NCBI GenBank assembly: GCA_965203295.1
Contig: CBDBCZ010000019.1
Location: forward strand, 1,760,001-1,824,000
Length of the DNA: 64,000 bases
Source of the DNA: Nitrospirales bacterium
GTDB lineage: Bacteria > Nitrospirota > Nitrospiria > Nitrospirales > UBA8639
Direction: 5' to 3'
This document shows positions 11,844-20,477 of the stretch, piece after piece. The notes under the pieces are model-generated. The model made no database searches and was not told the DNA's origin. It worked only from the letters and a program-made list of their open reading frames with translations. Made by a program: the position numbers and the translations under genes. Position 1 is the stretch's first letter. Each line of letters opens with the position of its first letter.

Positions 11844-12575
11844 TTAGCGTGCCCGACAAGCGGGATTCTCAAGTAAGTCTACAATGAGCTCCGACTTCTT
11901 TAAATTCAACAACTCCTCTCTTCTATTTTCCATATGTCTGTATGATAAGCTATCAATCTGTTCTTTCGTAAAATCTAACATAGCATCAGGAGACCCACGA
12001 GTTATGATTCCAACACCCATATCACAATCTAAAACAAAAATTCGTAAGTTGTGATCTAAAGATCTCAAGTAAACAATGGTTTTCCACACATCACCACACC
12101 AATCACCAGTCCACCCAGGCAAATTCGCGCTTATGGCATGATCCAATGATGCAGCAAGGAAAGCCGCACTCTCAGATGGCGGACTGCAATCATGCAAAAT
12201 GATGGTCCCATCTTTGTTTAAATACTGAAGGCAATTCTGTACATCCTTAAGAGACTGCTCAAATGTATGAAGGCCGTCAACAAAAGCTATATCTATGCCA
12301 CGTTGTTCAATATCTGATGAGCGGCGTTTGAAATACTCATCGCTGGTCATTTCATAGTATTTGTTCCTTACATTCCAAGGATTCTTTATGAGATATCTGA
12401 TTTGTTTAATTTTAGAAAACCCAAATCGCGGATCAACTGCAATTTTATACTTGGCTTTAACTCTGAAGAATACTGCTCCACTTGCCACACCTATTTCTAA
12501 GTATGTTCTCGCTCCCCTCATTTTCGTGACAGTCTGAATGATACTAAGCCTATCCATTGATTTCTGAGCCATCAT
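11844..12575 (-). CDS. Class I SAM-dependent methyltransferase (Methyltransf_24-like)
   Basis: YLEIGV..G, DIAFVDGLH, ILHDC.P, WCGDVWK motifs; AT-rich; start could be 12575 or 12608. Confidence 0.85.
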   Translation of the reverse strand: MMAQKSMDRLSIIQTVTKMRGARTYLEIGVASGAVFFRVKAKYKIAVDPRFGFSKIKQIRYLIKNPWNVRNKYYEMTSDEYFKRRSSDIEQRGIDIAFVDGLHTFEQSLKDVQNCLQYLNKDGTIILHDCSPPSESAAFLAASLDHAISANLPGWTGDWCGDVWKTIVYLRSLDHNLRIFVLDCDMGVGIITRGSPDAMLDFTKEQIDSLSYRHMENRREELLNLKKSELIVDLLENPACRAR

Positions 12576-12730
12576 TTTCCCATGTAGCATGACAATACAA
12601 ACTGCCATCTTCCTTTCAAGCTAACCAAGATCACCGTCTTCACCAATGGTTCTTCCAGGAAGAGCTTTGAACTATCTCGCGAAATGTATCGGCTTTCAGC
12701 TTAAGCAAAGTGTATCGAAGGGTTCATTCA

Positions 12731-12759
12731 TTGACAACCTTTTGCCCCCTACCTGTAAC
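12731..12759 (+). promoter_or_regulatory. Putative sigma70 promoter of the tRNA stub
   Basis: TTGACA (12731-12736), 17 bp spacer, TGTAAC (12754-12759), 9 bp before the tRNA-like 5' end. Confidence 0.5.
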
Positions 12760-12768
12760 CCTCACCAT

Positions 12769-12791
12769 GCCGAAGTGGTGAAATTGGTAGA
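12769..12791 (+). pseudogene. 5' fragment (23 nt) of a tRNA-Leu gene
   Basis: GCCGAAGTGGTGAAATTGGTAGA matches the acceptor 5' strand and D-arm typical of tRNA-Leu; sequence then breaks off with no anticodon or T arm. Confidence 0.7.
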
Positions 12792-12849
12792 TTATAGGAA
12801 AAATAAAATCCATTTTCGGGCACGCAGAAAAGTCGTAAAGGGACCAGGG

Positions 12850-13126
12850 AGTGTCAATTACGCCCATCAGCCGAAGAGGCATTGGCGCGGTTGGGAATTG
12901 TCTATGGAGTGGCACGAAAGGAAGTGTTATCGCGTTCCCATCTGGAGGTTTATCGGTATGCTGTGTGGTTCTTGCGGCGAGCGGCCAACGAGCCGCTACG
13001 AATTGTGCGAAGCAGTTTAGCGTGTCTCAGTCCTGGATCTCTCCTATTCTACCAAGCATGGAGCCCGGCGTGTTGACCCGTCACCAGAAGCGGGCGATGC
13101 TGAAGTTCAAAGTCAAGCAATGACTC
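12850..13126 (+). mobile_element. Transposase C-terminal remnant, copy B (DnaA_C/HTH-like tail seen on some Y1/REP-associated tyrosine transposases)
   Basis: RPSAEEALARLGIVYGVARKEVL..YRYAVWFLRRAANEPLRIV, frameshift, AKQFSVSQSWIS..VLTRHQKRAMLKFKVKQ*; ends in a TGACCCC-like motif; family assignment from recollection. Confidence 0.55.
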
Positions 13127-13337
13127 TCAACTCGAACTCAATCTCCTTGCTGGGGTATTGCGCCGCCATTTCAGCGAAATAATCAATGAACGCCTGCTTC
13201 CCGTCCCCTACTAGCGGGTTGTGTTGAATATATCCAACACCCACGTACATTTCAACAGCCTTGGCGGGGTCACCGAGATACGCAGTGCGGTAGAAGGCAA
13301 TGGCATTATTCTTATTTTCTTCCAGATTGTCTTGCAT
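13113..13337 (-). pseudogene. SnoaL/NTF2-like protein, 3' truncated; probable integron cassette
   Basis: EENK..AIAFY..GDPAKAVE.YVG..YIQHNP.V.DGKQAFIDYF motif; breaks off where the transposase remnant ends. Confidence 0.75.
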
Positions 13338-13376
13338 GTCGGCACTCCAATAGGTTGATTCGTATCTGCTAAGCGC

Positions 13377-14144
13377 CTAATCAGAACCCTTCAAGCACAA
13401 TCTTGCCGCGCGCAGAGCCGCTTTCGATCCGGATGCCCAAAGTGCTTTCACAGGATCAAGTTGTATTTTTCTATGTTCCGCGTAATTCTTTGCTTGAACC
13501 AAGATTAGCATGCCACCAATATCTGATCTTTGAATGAGGCGCAGATCAACTCCGCCATCTGCTTGCCTAGGCCCCAATTCTGTTTCAAAACCTTGGTTCT
13601 TAAAGACCTCTGCCAATAATTCTTCGAATTTTCTCCAGTGTAATAAGTGTAATAATTTCGGATTATTGGCTAAGTGTGCAATTAACTCCAAATTGATTAT
13701 GTTGAACGCCGGTACTATTAACGACGACTTTTGGTCTACGGCAGTATCGGTGTAGATAGATAAATCTATTTCGTAATCATTGCTTATCTTCTGCTGAATG
13801 AAGTCTCGAATTGCCTCAAGACATTCTTCATTTTCCCAATCTTGTTGTCTTGAATCATCGTCTAGGGAATGTTCATCCAAGTAACTATCTTTACCACGAT
13901 TCCAAGCAATATATTTACCAGAAGTATTTATCAGTAAGTAGTCGAGGTATGAGGAGTGCCTTAAATCTTGAAATGGCTCGGGGTAACTATTTTTCATGAA
14001 ATCATTACCTCGAACTATACCAACCTCGAAAATACTTGGATCATCGATCTCCCTAGAGGCTAGCCAAGAAAAAAAGTGAGTATAGTCGGCCCCATCGACG
14101 ACCCAACCAATTCTTGATGTAGTTACCTTTATTTTCTGACTCAC
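13377..14144 (-). CDS. Mrr_cat-type restriction endonuclease with unknown N-terminal domain (integron cassette; C-terminus appears truncated)
   Basis: WRKFEELLAEVFKNQGFETELGPRQADGGVDL..ILVQAKNY; GTG start at 14144 with AGGAAG RBS just after the attC core site. Confidence 0.8.
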   Translation of the reverse strand: MSQKIKVTTSRIGWVVDGADYTHFFSWLASREIDDPSIFEVGIVRGNDFMKNSYPEPFQDLRHSSYLDYLLINTSGKYIAWNRGKDSYLDEHSLDDDSRQQDWENEECLEAIRDFIQQKISNDYEIDLSIYTDTAVDQKSSLIVPAFNIINLELIAHLANNPKLLHLLHWRKFEELLAEVFKNQGFETELGPRQADGGVDLRLIQRSDIGGMLILVQAKNYAEHRKIQLDPVKALWASGSKAALRAARLCLKGSD

Positions 14145-14167
14145 AAATAAACTCTTCCTTGTGACAC

Positions 14168-14255
14168 ACCTAACGTTTGCGCTTAACCCGCGCCGACGGA
14201 ACGCCAAGAATAACGCCCAGCGAAAAACGGCGTCGGGTTCAGCGCGTAGTTAGGC
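14168..14255 (-). other. Integron attC site (88 bp)
   Basis: Minus strand: R'' GCCTAAC, 5 nt, GCTGAACCCG-A-CGCCG ... CGGCGCGGGTTAAGC, 6 nt, R' GTTAGGT; extrahelical base; 15 bp after a cassette stop codon and just before the next gene. Confidence 0.9.
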
Positions 14256-14270
14256 CACTACGCGCGTACG

Positions 14271-14777
14271 CTATTTTGCCAGTACCGCATTTCGAAGTGC
14301 ATTTACGAGTATGCGTCCATTCTCGAGGAGCTTCTGATACTCCGTATCCATTGCTTCCTTTCTTCGCATCTCAATTGACTCAGCGGCCGCATTTGCTTCA
14401 TTTACTCGTTTTTGGTCATCCCCCATGGTTATTCGCCGCCGAATATCAGTTGCCTCGCGCTGCATATCAGCAAGCTTCTTCTGAGCATCCCTTGTCATTT
14501 CAAAGAACTTCTCAATTTTTCGAACCAGGTCTTCGTCATTTGCTATTAGAATGGCTTGCGCTGACAGCGACAGAGCCTCTGCCGACTTAGTGGCGCCGCT
14601 CCAAAGTCCTATACTTAACACTTCCCCCGCGAGCTTTGAAAATACGACGAGCCTCTGTTCGCGTAACCACTTCTCGCGCTCATTACTTCGAGCAATCCGG
14701 GTCAGCCATAGGACGTCCAGTAGCTTAACGGCTATAGCGCCTACACCAACTGCACCTAGCACGTTTAGCCAGTTCAT
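14271..14777 (-). CDS. Integron cassette protein: N-terminal TM helix plus coiled-coil, unknown function
   Basis: 168 aa ORF between a GTTAGGC core site (14798-14804) and the attC. Confidence 0.8.
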   Translation of the reverse strand: MNWLNVLGAVGVGAIAVKLLDVLWLTRIARSNEREKWLREQRLVVFSKLAGEVLSIGLWSGATKSAEALSLSAQAILIANDEDLVRKIEKFFEMTRDAQKKLADMQREATDIRRRITMGDDQKRVNEANAAAESIEMRRKEAMDTEYQKLLENGRILVNALRNAVLAK

Positions 14778-14797
14778 GCGTTACCTAATTCTCTGAG

Positions 14798-14830
14798 GCC
14801 TAACTATTGATTATGCTGGTCAGCATAGCC
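14798..14830 (-). other. Putative attI site
   Basis: Minus strand ...CAGCATAATCAATAGTTAGGC; GTTRRRY core 20 bp before the first cassette ATG, no matching attC arm, next to the intI 3' end. Confidence 0.65.
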
Positions 14831-14938
14831 CGCTGATGCCAACCAGAAACGATGAGGAGATTCTCTTCCCATTTCACAGAGCTGTCAACGATATCCACAG
14901 CACCGGGTCGGTGTGCTATGCCGATCGGCATAGTTCCA

Positions 14939-15200
14939 TTATAGCTGCAAGGGATTGAGTCCCTGGGTCAGCGCATCGGCTGGGCTACGGACGCCTCTCC
15001 CAAACCGATTCAGAATATGCGTATAGATCATCGTCGTACTCAGTTCGTCTGCCCTAACAGCTCCTAAACCGTTCGGGTATCGCACCTGTCTTCAAGTAGA
15101 TGCGTGGCAAAGGAATAGCGCGACGTATGACAGACGGGCGGTTTGACAATCCCTGTTCTGAGGCACACCTCCTTCATCGCCTTTCGCACCACATGGATGG
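14939..15200 (-). pseudogene. intI: Integron integrase (IntI) C-terminal remnant
   Basis: Minus strand translates VRKAMKEVCLRTGIVKPPVCHTSRYSFATHLLEDRCDTRTV*ELLGQTN, frameshift, STTMIYTHILNRFGRGVRSPADAL..*; the NRxGRGVRSPxD tail is characteristic of IntI. Confidence 0.9.
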
Positions 15201-15306
15201 GAAAATTTAGGCCCAATCGCTCCGTATTTTATCCTTAAGAATGTCGAGTGGACTTGACAGCAACCCGCTTTGCTTTTTCTCAATTCGGGGATTATTGTGC
15301 TGCCTT

Positions 15307-16667
15307 ATGAAGGATGCTTACTTTACATTTCATCATTTTCGGTATGTGATCAGGCTGGGACTCGTGTTTGTCCTTTTCTGGGCAACTGTTTCCTCTCTCG
15401 CTTTTTCCCAGAATCCTCCATCGACGAAAAGCAAAGCTGCTTCATTAGATGTAAAAACTGTTCTGCGCTTTGTCACCTGGAAAGCCGATCAACCCAAAGT
15501 ATGGGATGAGGCCATTGCACGATTTGAGCAAGCGCATCCTCACATTCGGATCGAGCGAGAAATCGCACCACATTCCTCCACGGCCTACCATGATCTCCTC
15601 ACGCAAAAACTCAAGAATCGTGATTCATCCATGGACCTGTTTTTCATGGATGTGATTTGGCCGGCTGAGTTTGCTGCCGCAGGATGGGCTCGTGCGATCG
15701 ATGAAGAATTTCCTGTATCCGAGCGAAAATTATTTCTCCCTGCCACAATTCAAGCTGGGACGTACCAGGGACATAATTATGGGGTTCCTTCGCGAATTGA
15801 CAGCGGTATGTTGTATTACCGAGCAGACCTACTCAGGAAATATGGCTTTACCCCCCCGGGAACCTGGGAGGAGTTGGTGAATCAAGCCCACACGATAATC
15901 AAAGGAGAGAAGGCTGAGAACCCCGCATTGCGTGGCTACAGCGGGCAGTTTAAACAATATGAGGGGTTAGTCTGCGATATGCTGGAATTTGTTGGCAGTC
16001 ATAACGCTAGAATGATTTCTCAAGACGGCAAGCATTCTGCCCTGGCTGTTCCGAATTCTGTCAAGGCCGTGACTTTCGTGCGTGAGCATATCATTGAGCA
16101 ACTCGCGACTCGCGCCGCTCTCACGTATCAAGAGCCAGAGTCTCTTGCCATTTTTGTCCAGGGCAAGGCAGTGTTCCATCGGAATTGGCCGTATGCGTGG
16201 AGCATGGCCAATAACCCCCGGCATTCAAAGATTGTTGGTAAAGTCGGCGCGACCACTCTCCCCCATTTTGAACAGGGGAAAAGCGTGGCTGCTCTTGGCG
16301 GGTAGTTGTATGGAATCAATGCCTTTTCTCGCCATCCTCAGGAAGCTTGGATGTTCATTCAATTCATGACCAGTGCCACGATGCAAAAATATTTTGCGAT
16401 TCACACGTCTCTTGCTCCTTCGCGCATTGCCCTGTATTCCGATCCTGAAATTCTTGAGGTCAATCCCCAGTATCGAGAACTGTTTCCGGTATTTCAGACT
16501 GCTACCCCGCGGCCACAGACGCCTGTGTATCCCATCGTCTCTCACATTCTCAACGATACTTTAGTCGGGTTCTTTCGTCCCCTGAGCCGAACATTCTTCA
16601 GGAAGCCCAACTGGCTGATCAGCAAATCAACCGTTTTCTTAAGCTGGTTCCCACAGGCCCTACATGA
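15307..16667 (+). pseudogene. Sugar (CUT1, trehalose/maltose-like) ABC transporter substrate-binding protein
   Basis: MDVIWPAEFA, LYYRADLL, QYEGLVCD, RNWPYAW motifs; TAG at 16303 and frameshift near 16550. Confidence 0.88.
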
Positions 16668-17559
16668 CTCGATCGACATCCGAACAAACCACTGGCTGGG
16701 CCATGACCTTTCCAGCCCTGATCCTTGTGGGGGTCTTTGCCCTCTATCCAGCCTTTGACTAGTTTTTTCTGAGTCTTCACAGGATTTACCTGGGGCTGCC
16801 TTCACTCGGTCAGCCCTTTGTGGGTTTGGAAAACTATCAGTTTCTTGTGCAAGACCCCGTGGCCCGCCAAGCTTTCAAAGTCACCTTTGGATTTGTCGCG
16901 TTGTCTACTGTGTTGGAACTCCTTCTGGGTCTGGGAATCGCACTCGTTATCCATGAACACTTCAAGGGACGTGGTTGGGTCCGAGCTGCTGTTCTAATTC
17001 CTTGGGCCATTCCCACCGTCGTGGCTTCACAAATGTGGCGATTCATTTTTAATGATCAATATGGCCTGGCAAACTTGATTCTATTCGGTGAGCAAGTCTC
17101 TTCCTATGTCCCTTGGCTGGCATACCAAAACTTTGCATTTCTGGCTATTGTTCTGGCTGATGTGTGGAAAACTGCCTCGTTTGCGGGCCTTCTGATTTTG
17201 GCAGGACTTCAAGTAATACCTGAAGATCTTTATGATGCCGCTCGCATTGACGGCACTTCCACTTGGCAGCGCTTTTGGCACATTACCTTTCCGCTTCTGA
17301 AGCCCGCTCTGCTCACAGCTTTACTTTTCCGTACGATTGATGCATTCCGCGTGTTCGATTTAGTGTTTGTTATGACCCAAGGCGGCCATGGCGATGCCAC
17401 CCAAGTCATTCAATTCTATGGGTATAAACCCTGTTCACCGAGGGACGACTGGGGTATGGAACCACCATTTCTGTGGCTGTATTTGTGACTATTCTTATTC
17501 TGTCATTGTTCTATATTCGAACCATTGGGTCCAAATTATTGGAATGGGACATGAGATGA
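16664..17559 (+). pseudogene. Sugar ABC transporter permease 1
   Basis: LIPWAIP, DVWKT, EAA-loop LYDAARIDG; TAG near 16760 and frameshift near 17427. Confidence 0.88.
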
Positions 17560-18388
17560 CGCGATCTTCCAGGGGTCAACTTTTACTCATTATTGGAATT
17601 ATTATCGCCGTTGGCGGAAGCCTTTTTCCTTTCCTCTGGTTCGTCATCACCTCCCTAAAATCTCAAGTAATGGTTGAAGCTATTCCGCCTAGTTGGCTTC
17701 CTGATGGAGATATCGGTTTTTACCGTTCAGCCCTCGTCGACTATGGGCTCTTTCGCTATATCGGGAACAGCCTGGTTGTGGCAGGGTCGACAACCCTGAT
17801 TTCCCTGATTTTAGCTATCCCTGCTGCCTATGCCCTTGCCCGGGTCAGGATGAACGGGAAGGTCTGGATTCTTGGTGGGTTACTGAGTATTTCGATGTTT
17901 CCACAGATTGTGATTGCCAGACCAGTTTGGAAAATCTTGGAACAGCTCGGTGGATTAAACACCCATTGGGGCTTAGCACTTCCCTACATCACCTTACCTT
18001 GACTCTTCCCTTGGCCATTTGGATTCTCGCCACATTTTTCAAGGAACTACCCCAAGAACTTGAAGAAGCGGCGCGAGTAGATGGATGCACCACCTGGCAA
18101 ACTCTCTCTAAGGTCATGATTCCTTTAGCAGCCCCAGGGATCTTTACCGCAGCCATTTTGACGTTTATCTACGCCTGGAACGAATTTTTCTTTGCCTTGC
18201 TCATTCTCACTGATCCAGCCAAACAGACCCTGCCGGTAGGAATTGCGCTCTTTCAAGGCGAGTTCACGATGCCTTGGGGGGAAATCGCGGTCGCTTCTGT
18301 TTTGGCTATGCTCCCTCTTGTGATTCTGGTTTTGGTGTTTCAGCGTGGGATTATCAGCGGACTATCAGCTGGAGCGGTAAAAAGCTAG
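17556..18388 (+). pseudogene. Sugar ABC transporter permease 2
   Basis: ELEEAARVDG, WNEFFFAL, TLPVGI motifs; frameshift from an ACCTT duplication near 17991-18000. Confidence 0.88.
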
Positions 18389-18411
18389 CAGGAAATCAAG
18401 AAGAAACTATT

Positions 18412-19286
18412 GTGGCAGACCTTGAACTTCAACACATTTCTAAATCATTCGGCCATACTCGGGTTTTGAACAACGTCTCCCTTGAGGCGGACACCGGAGA
18501 ATTTGTCGTCCTCCTTGGCCCATCCGGATGTGGGAAATCTACGCTCTTGAGAATCATTGCAGGACTCGAACCGCAAACTGAAGGTTCTGTTCTCATAGGC
18601 AGCACAACAGTCGATGGTCTTTCACCTCGTGATCGAGATATTGCGATGATCTTTCAGCATTACGCGCTCTATCCCCATTTGACGGTACGAGAAAATCTGG
18701 CTTTCGGTCTGAAACTTCGAAAAGAACCTGTTAATCTGATTAATTCACGCATACAGGAGGCTGCTGATCTTTTAGAAATCCAACCTTAGGCTGCTGATCT
18801 TTTAGAAATCCAACCTTTTTTGGATCGCTGTCCAAAGGAACTATCCGGCGGTCAGCGGCAGCGTGTGGCCATGGGTCGGGCCCTCGTTCGAAAGCCCAAG
18901 CTCTTTTTATTCGATGAGCCGCTATCGAATCTGGATGCTCGTTTGCGCACTTCCACTCGTGTGGAATTGAAAAAGCTGCACCAACGATTAGGGATCACCA
19001 TGATCTACGTAACCTACGATCAAGTCGAGGCGATGACCCTGGGTGACAAAATCGTGATACTGGATCAGGGCGAGGTTCAGCAGGTGGGGATTCCAGAGCA
19101 GATTTACCAGAAGCCACAGAATCCATTTGTCGCCGGGTTCAGATGTATGTTCACGTTCAGTCTCGGCGGCTCTTGGCAATAGTTCCCCCACATGCTTCTT
19201 TTAATCTGGGAGATACGGTTTCCCTTGCATTTCCTCCTGAACACCTTCATCTTTTTATTGACAACCAGCGAGTGGAATTCTCTTAA
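18412..19286 (+). pseudogene. Sugar ABC transporter ATP-binding protein (MalK/UgpC-like)
   Basis: [25 protein letters not shown]; 30 bp tandem duplication creates a TAG; internal deletion after FVAGF, with the TOBE-like tail ..PEHLHLF.. out of frame ending at TAA 19284-19286. Confidence 0.88.
18758..18817 (+). repeat. Perfect 30 bp tandem duplication
   Basis: AGGCTGCTGATCTTTTAGAAATCCAACCTT x2. Confidence 0.97.
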
Positions 19287-19366
19287 TCTAAATCAGATAA
19301 GGGTGTAAAAACTTGAATTTCAGTTGACGGACGCTGTTAGAGGAAGTTGAGCCCTCTCGCGATACG

Positions 19367-19430
19367 GTCATTCCTGCAGTCGTAGACGGGTATCCAAGAT
19401 GATAAAACAAGATGGATCCACGCCAAAGGT
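19367..19430. repeat. Degenerate REP-like palindrome (GTCATTCCCGC..GCGGGAATCCA type)
   Basis: gtcattcctgcagtcgtagacgggtatcca..tggatccacgc; relatives at 1163-1192, 21450-21480 and 21759-21831. Confidence 0.65.
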
Positions 19431-19468
19431 TTAAAAATAAATCTATCCCACTTTTTTTCTTGTGTATG

Positions 19469-19657
19469 CCGCTTTGCGCGTGGCTGAGTCAGAGCGCCGA
19501 ATCCAACAAGTCGGTGAGGACTGTCTGAGCGGAGCGAGTTCCGCAGCCATGTGATTCGGTGCTCTGACGAAGGAGACCCGCAGGGCCGCGCGCTGGCGGG
19601 AATGGTTTTGGGTCCTTTTGCCGAAACAAAAGGACCTCGACTGCCGGGGCGAAACCC
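19469..19657 (-). repeat. Structured ~190 bp dispersed repeat, copy 2 (inverted)
   Basis: Reverse complement of copies 1 and 3. Confidence 0.95.
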
Positions 19658-19755
19658 GGCGAAGCGGAACCTTAAACTTGAAACTCGGAACTCCCTTCCC
19701 AGACACTGTCTGAAAGATCAAAACCAAATTCTTACAGAAAAGTAACCCTCAAAAG

Positions 19756-20454
19756 ATGAACAGAACGCTTGCCCTTGGCTATTGGATAGCGCTCACCTTG
19801 TGTTTCACACTCAGTGCATACGGCTCCGAAGACTACGATTCTATGTTCGACAACGAGCCATCCTCAGGGGTGCAACTCCTCAGTGAACGGCCCCAGGAAG
19901 AGCTCAATTCTTTAGTCAATACAGGGACTTGGCCTCTCATTCGTCATGATGTTCTTGAATCCTTTCTCGCTGACCTAGAAGTATCACCACCCAATTGGGC
20001 AACCTTGCATGATCGTGAGGGGGAAGAACATGGAGCGCAGTTATTCGCGTTCAATCGGATGCGCGATAAAAAACGCCAAAATCACCCTTATTTGAAACAA
20101 CGAATTGCGTTTCTCTGGTCAGGGATACTGACCAAATATGATCTGAAACGGGGTGGGTTTACGATTGCCATTGGCCCTGAATTCACTCACACCTCTTGGG
20201 GCATCGTTCGGTTCAAACCTATGGGACTGCCAGATGAGATGGTTGTTGTTCCTTCACCTTATCTTCGAAGGTCTTTTCGGAAGGAAATACAGAAAGGAGA
20301 GAAAATTGAAGTTGCCGTGCTTTTCATTGGTCAACTCGTGCCCGATGAATCCATCATGTACGCATTCTCTCACGAAGATCCTGATGTGGGAATGATCATG
20401 CCAGTTGTGAAAATTGAAAAGGTGCAATATTTTTTGAAACCTTCACCTAGATAA
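19756..20454 (+). CDS. Exported conserved hypothetical protein
   Basis: 232 aa ORF with signal peptide and host-like composition. Confidence 0.75.
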   Translation: MNRTLALGYWIALTLCFTLSAYGSEDYDSMFDNEPSSGVQLLSERPQEELNSLVNTGTWPLIRHDVLESFLADLEVSPPNWATLHDREGEEHGAQLFAFNRMRDKKRQNHPYLKQRIAFLWSGILTKYDLKRGGFTIAIGPEFTHTSWGIVRFKPMGLPDEMVVVPSPYLRRSFRKEIQKGEKIEVAVLFIGQLVPDESIMYAFSHEDPDVGMIMPVVKIEKVQYFLKPSPR

Positions 20455-20477
20455 GAAATCAAAACCATTTCCGTCTT

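Noticed and set aside
12769..12860. Intact tRNA-Leu
   Set aside because: No anticodon arm, T-arm (GGTTCRA) or 3' acceptor strand follows.
13372..13435. Second attC between the Mrr-like and SnoaL-like genes
   Set aside because: Only an imperfect core (ATTAGGC) and a GC-rich half remain with no left arm; possibly a deleted attC but not callable.
15052..15058. GTTAGGG on the minus strand as another att core site
   Set aside because: It is the CTG TTA GGG (LLG) codons of the intI remnant.
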